The notes beneath the pieces are model-generated. The model was not told where the DNA came from. It saw nothing but the letters and a program-made list of their open reading frames with translations, and did no database searches. DNA of 64,000 bases from Leucoraja ocellata (taxonomy: Eukaryota), in NCBI GenBank assembly GCA_036785375.1, contig JAWMAR010000101.1:1736001-1800000 (forward strand). Direction: 5' to 3'. Below are positions 61,540-64,000 of the stretch, one piece after another (positions within the stretch are counted from its first letter, which is position 1; the number at the start of each line of letters is the position of its first letter). The position numbers and the translations under genes were made by a program.

Positions 61540-62540
61540 TTCTAATGACTAATGCCCATGACTAATGGTGTTTTAGCAAGCATCAGTGCTGGGACTTTTG
61601 CTGTTTGCAATATGTGAATTATTTGGATGTGGATGTAGGAGACACGATCAGTAAGCTTGCAGATGGCATGGAGATTGCTGGACTAGTTGATGGTGTTGAG
61701 TGTGGAGGCTACAGGGTGATATTGGTGTTAATAAAATAGGTCAACACAATGCTGGATGGAGTTTAATCCTGATAAATGAAAAGTGATGCATTTTGTCAGT
61801 ACGGATTAAACTGGAACATATACGGTGCATGGTAGGGTTCCAGGTAGTAAGGAACAGAATACGCTATAAGGAAAGGAGGGAGCATAGTGCACAAGTTTTA
61901 GTGTAGAAGACATTTAATATACTGTAAGTGTTATATTGAAGGTGGCAGATAATGTGGGATATTGGCCTTCATTAGTCAGGGCACTGATGGAAAGTTATGT
62001 TCCAACTTTGTAACACATTGCTCAGACCTCTTTTAGAGAACTGCATGCAATTCTGGTCATCATATTGTAGGAAAGATGTGATAACGGTGGAGAGGAGATT
62101 CGACAGGATGTTGGCTGGGATGGAGCATTTCAGTTGTGAGAAGAGATTGGAGAGGCCAGGTTTGATTTCCCTGGAGCAGAGTGTGTTAAAAGGGGAAGTG
62201 ATTGAGGTTTATAAAATTGAGAGTTATGGATAGGGTAGACTGCAGGAAGCCTTCCCACATATTAGTGATATATAAAACCAGAGGGCATAGATTTAGGGAA
62301 ATGTGTAACAGATTTAGAAGAGCATTATCTTTTTCGCACAGAATGTGAGGTGTGCCTGAGAGAGTGGTGGAAGCTGAGTTACTGAAAGCATTCAAGGAGT
62401 GTCTGAATGAGTACTTAAATCACTGAGGCATAGACAGCTATAGACCTAGTACTAAAAATGTTATTAATACAGATGGATGCCCATTGGTCAGTGTGGGTGC
62501 GATGGGCTGAATGGCCTATTTCCACACTTTATGACTAAGA
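61540..62540 (+). mobile_element. Old degenerate CR1
   Basis: Remnants of SVLG.LLF, K.ADG and LRPLLENCMQFWS (ORF 61997..62233), plus a 3' UTR-like end. Confidence 0.8.
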
Positions 62541-63408
62541 CTCTCTATACAACAGCCATTGTCTATGTTTCATTCATTTTTAATTGTTTTTCTGCAAAAA
62601 AACTGCATAAAAATGTAAGTTTGATTTGCACTTTTGAATTCCCATCTCATCTTTGAATTCTACTTGACAAAATGACAATTTGTTTTATATTTTGAATTTT
62701 TTTAAATCTGCATTGTCTAGTCCAAACCCATCTCCTCGCAACATTAAGGACCATCAGCATATAGTGAGATATATTAATGTGCATTTTAATTCTGCAAAAG
62801 TAACAATTATATACTAAACCTCATATATTTCTGAATGACAAATTTTGATTATACTTCTAGAAATAGTGTTGTTAAAAATAATCTGAACAGGGTGCCATTC
62901 CCCTGGTGCATTCCATCTCATTGGGGGAACATCTTATGGAAATGATCTTTGAACACATTTAAAATCTATTGCTATCTTGGTTTGTAGTAAATGATATAGT
63001 GGGAGTATTTAAGGGATAAAAGAGTAGGCCACAACACTTTAAAGATAACAGCCTGGAAGGAGTAGAAATTATTTCTGTTGAACTTACAATGAGATATTTA
63101 GTGCGTTTGATGAACTTTCTGAAGAGAATATTGCTAGTGTATGTCCATTAATTACGCATTAAAGTTAGAAATAAATTTTGGAGGAAAGAATTTCAGAGCT
63201 GCATAGACAGTAAATGTGCCAAACCAATTCTATATGTAATTCAATATTTTTGCAGATAACTATTTTTATAGCATAATCTTGAGGTGGCAATTTGAGGAAT
63301 CTAATCAAATATTGATGCCAAAAGCAGCAACATTAGCAATTGTGGAAATGTTAAACAATGTTAAAGGAGACTACATTTGACTCGACATATCACTACTGTT
63401 ATATTAAA

Positions 63409-63576
63409 CTAGACTAAGTGAGACCCATTGGGGAAGAGGGGTGTGTGGGTGGGGGGAGGGATGTGTGGTGGAGGGGGGTATGTGGCGGGGGAGTGTGGGG
63501 TGAGGGAGAGATGTGTTTGTGGGCGGGGGGGGGGGGGGTGTGGGAGGGGGGAGGAGAGATGTGGGGGAGGGGGGTA
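63409..63576 (-). mobile_element. Helitron-like 3' terminus, interrupted by Rex1
   Basis: ACTAGACTAAGTGAGACCC is the reverse complement of the family terminus GGGTCCCACTTAGTCTAGT (one mismatch). Confidence 0.7.
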
Positions 63577-64000
63577 TGAAGTTACTGGAAATAGGGCTCA
63601 ACACCCCCCTGTGTGCCTGGGTCCTGGACTTTCTCACCGCCAGGCCCCAGGTAGTCAAGATGGGAGGGAATACATCGAAGTCCCTCACCCTGAGCACAGG
63701 ATCGCCCCAGGTTTGCGTCCTCAGCCCCCTATTGTACTCCCTGTACACACATGACTGTGTGGCTAGGTTCAGCTCCAACTCAATAATCAAGTTTGCTGAT
63801 GACACTGTGGTGATGGGCCTGATCTCAGACAACGATGAGAAGGCCTACCAGGAGGAGGTGGCTGATCTAGCACTCTGGTGTCAGGACAACAGCCTCCTCT
63901 TGAACATCAAAAAAACGAAGGAGCTGATCGTGGACTTTAGGAGGGCACATCATCCGAGGACGTACACACCATTGAAGATAAATGGGGATACTGTGGATAG
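63577..64000 (+). mobile_element. Rex1/Babar LINE, second copy (runs off the window)
   Basis: Highly similar to 34075-34500. Confidence 0.93.

Noticed and set aside
44300-63400. Exons of a neighbouring gene (PTPRK expected from mammalian synteny)
   Set aside because: I recognised no phosphatase-like peptide or convincing exon. Short exons or UTR could have been missed by eye.

Overview
Eukaryotic, repeat-rich vertebrate DNA. The repeat complement (CR1/HER1-type LINEs, HE1-like V-SINEs, Rex1/Babar, Penelope-like elements) suggests a cartilaginous fish, probably a skate or ray; this is an inference. The only host gene I can support is THEMIS (thymocyte selection regulator, CABIT domain) on the minus strand. 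Its coding exons 1-3 lie at 41148-41238, 3453-3611 and 465-920, with consistent phase-1 GT-AG junctions and a ~37.5 kb first intron; the gene continues beyond the left edge. The rest is intron or upstream intergenic DNA dominated by transposon relics. Highlights: (1) a BEL/Pao LTR retrotransposon whose two LTRs now face each other yet still carry the same 5-bp target-site duplication, indicating a post-insertion fold-back inversion; (2) many short Penelope-like terminal-repeat units with a minimal hammerhead-ribozyme core, often inserted as inverted dimers with 11-17 bp duplications, one of which captured a perfect 36-nt copy of nearby DNA; (3) a head-to-tail stack of non-autonomous Helitrons; (4) an old ~0.9 kb inverted segmental duplication in intron 1; (5) several MITEs. 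I found no CRISPR array, rRNA, bona fide tRNA gene or prokaryotic system. Repeat boundaries were read by eye and are approximate unless exact termini are quoted.
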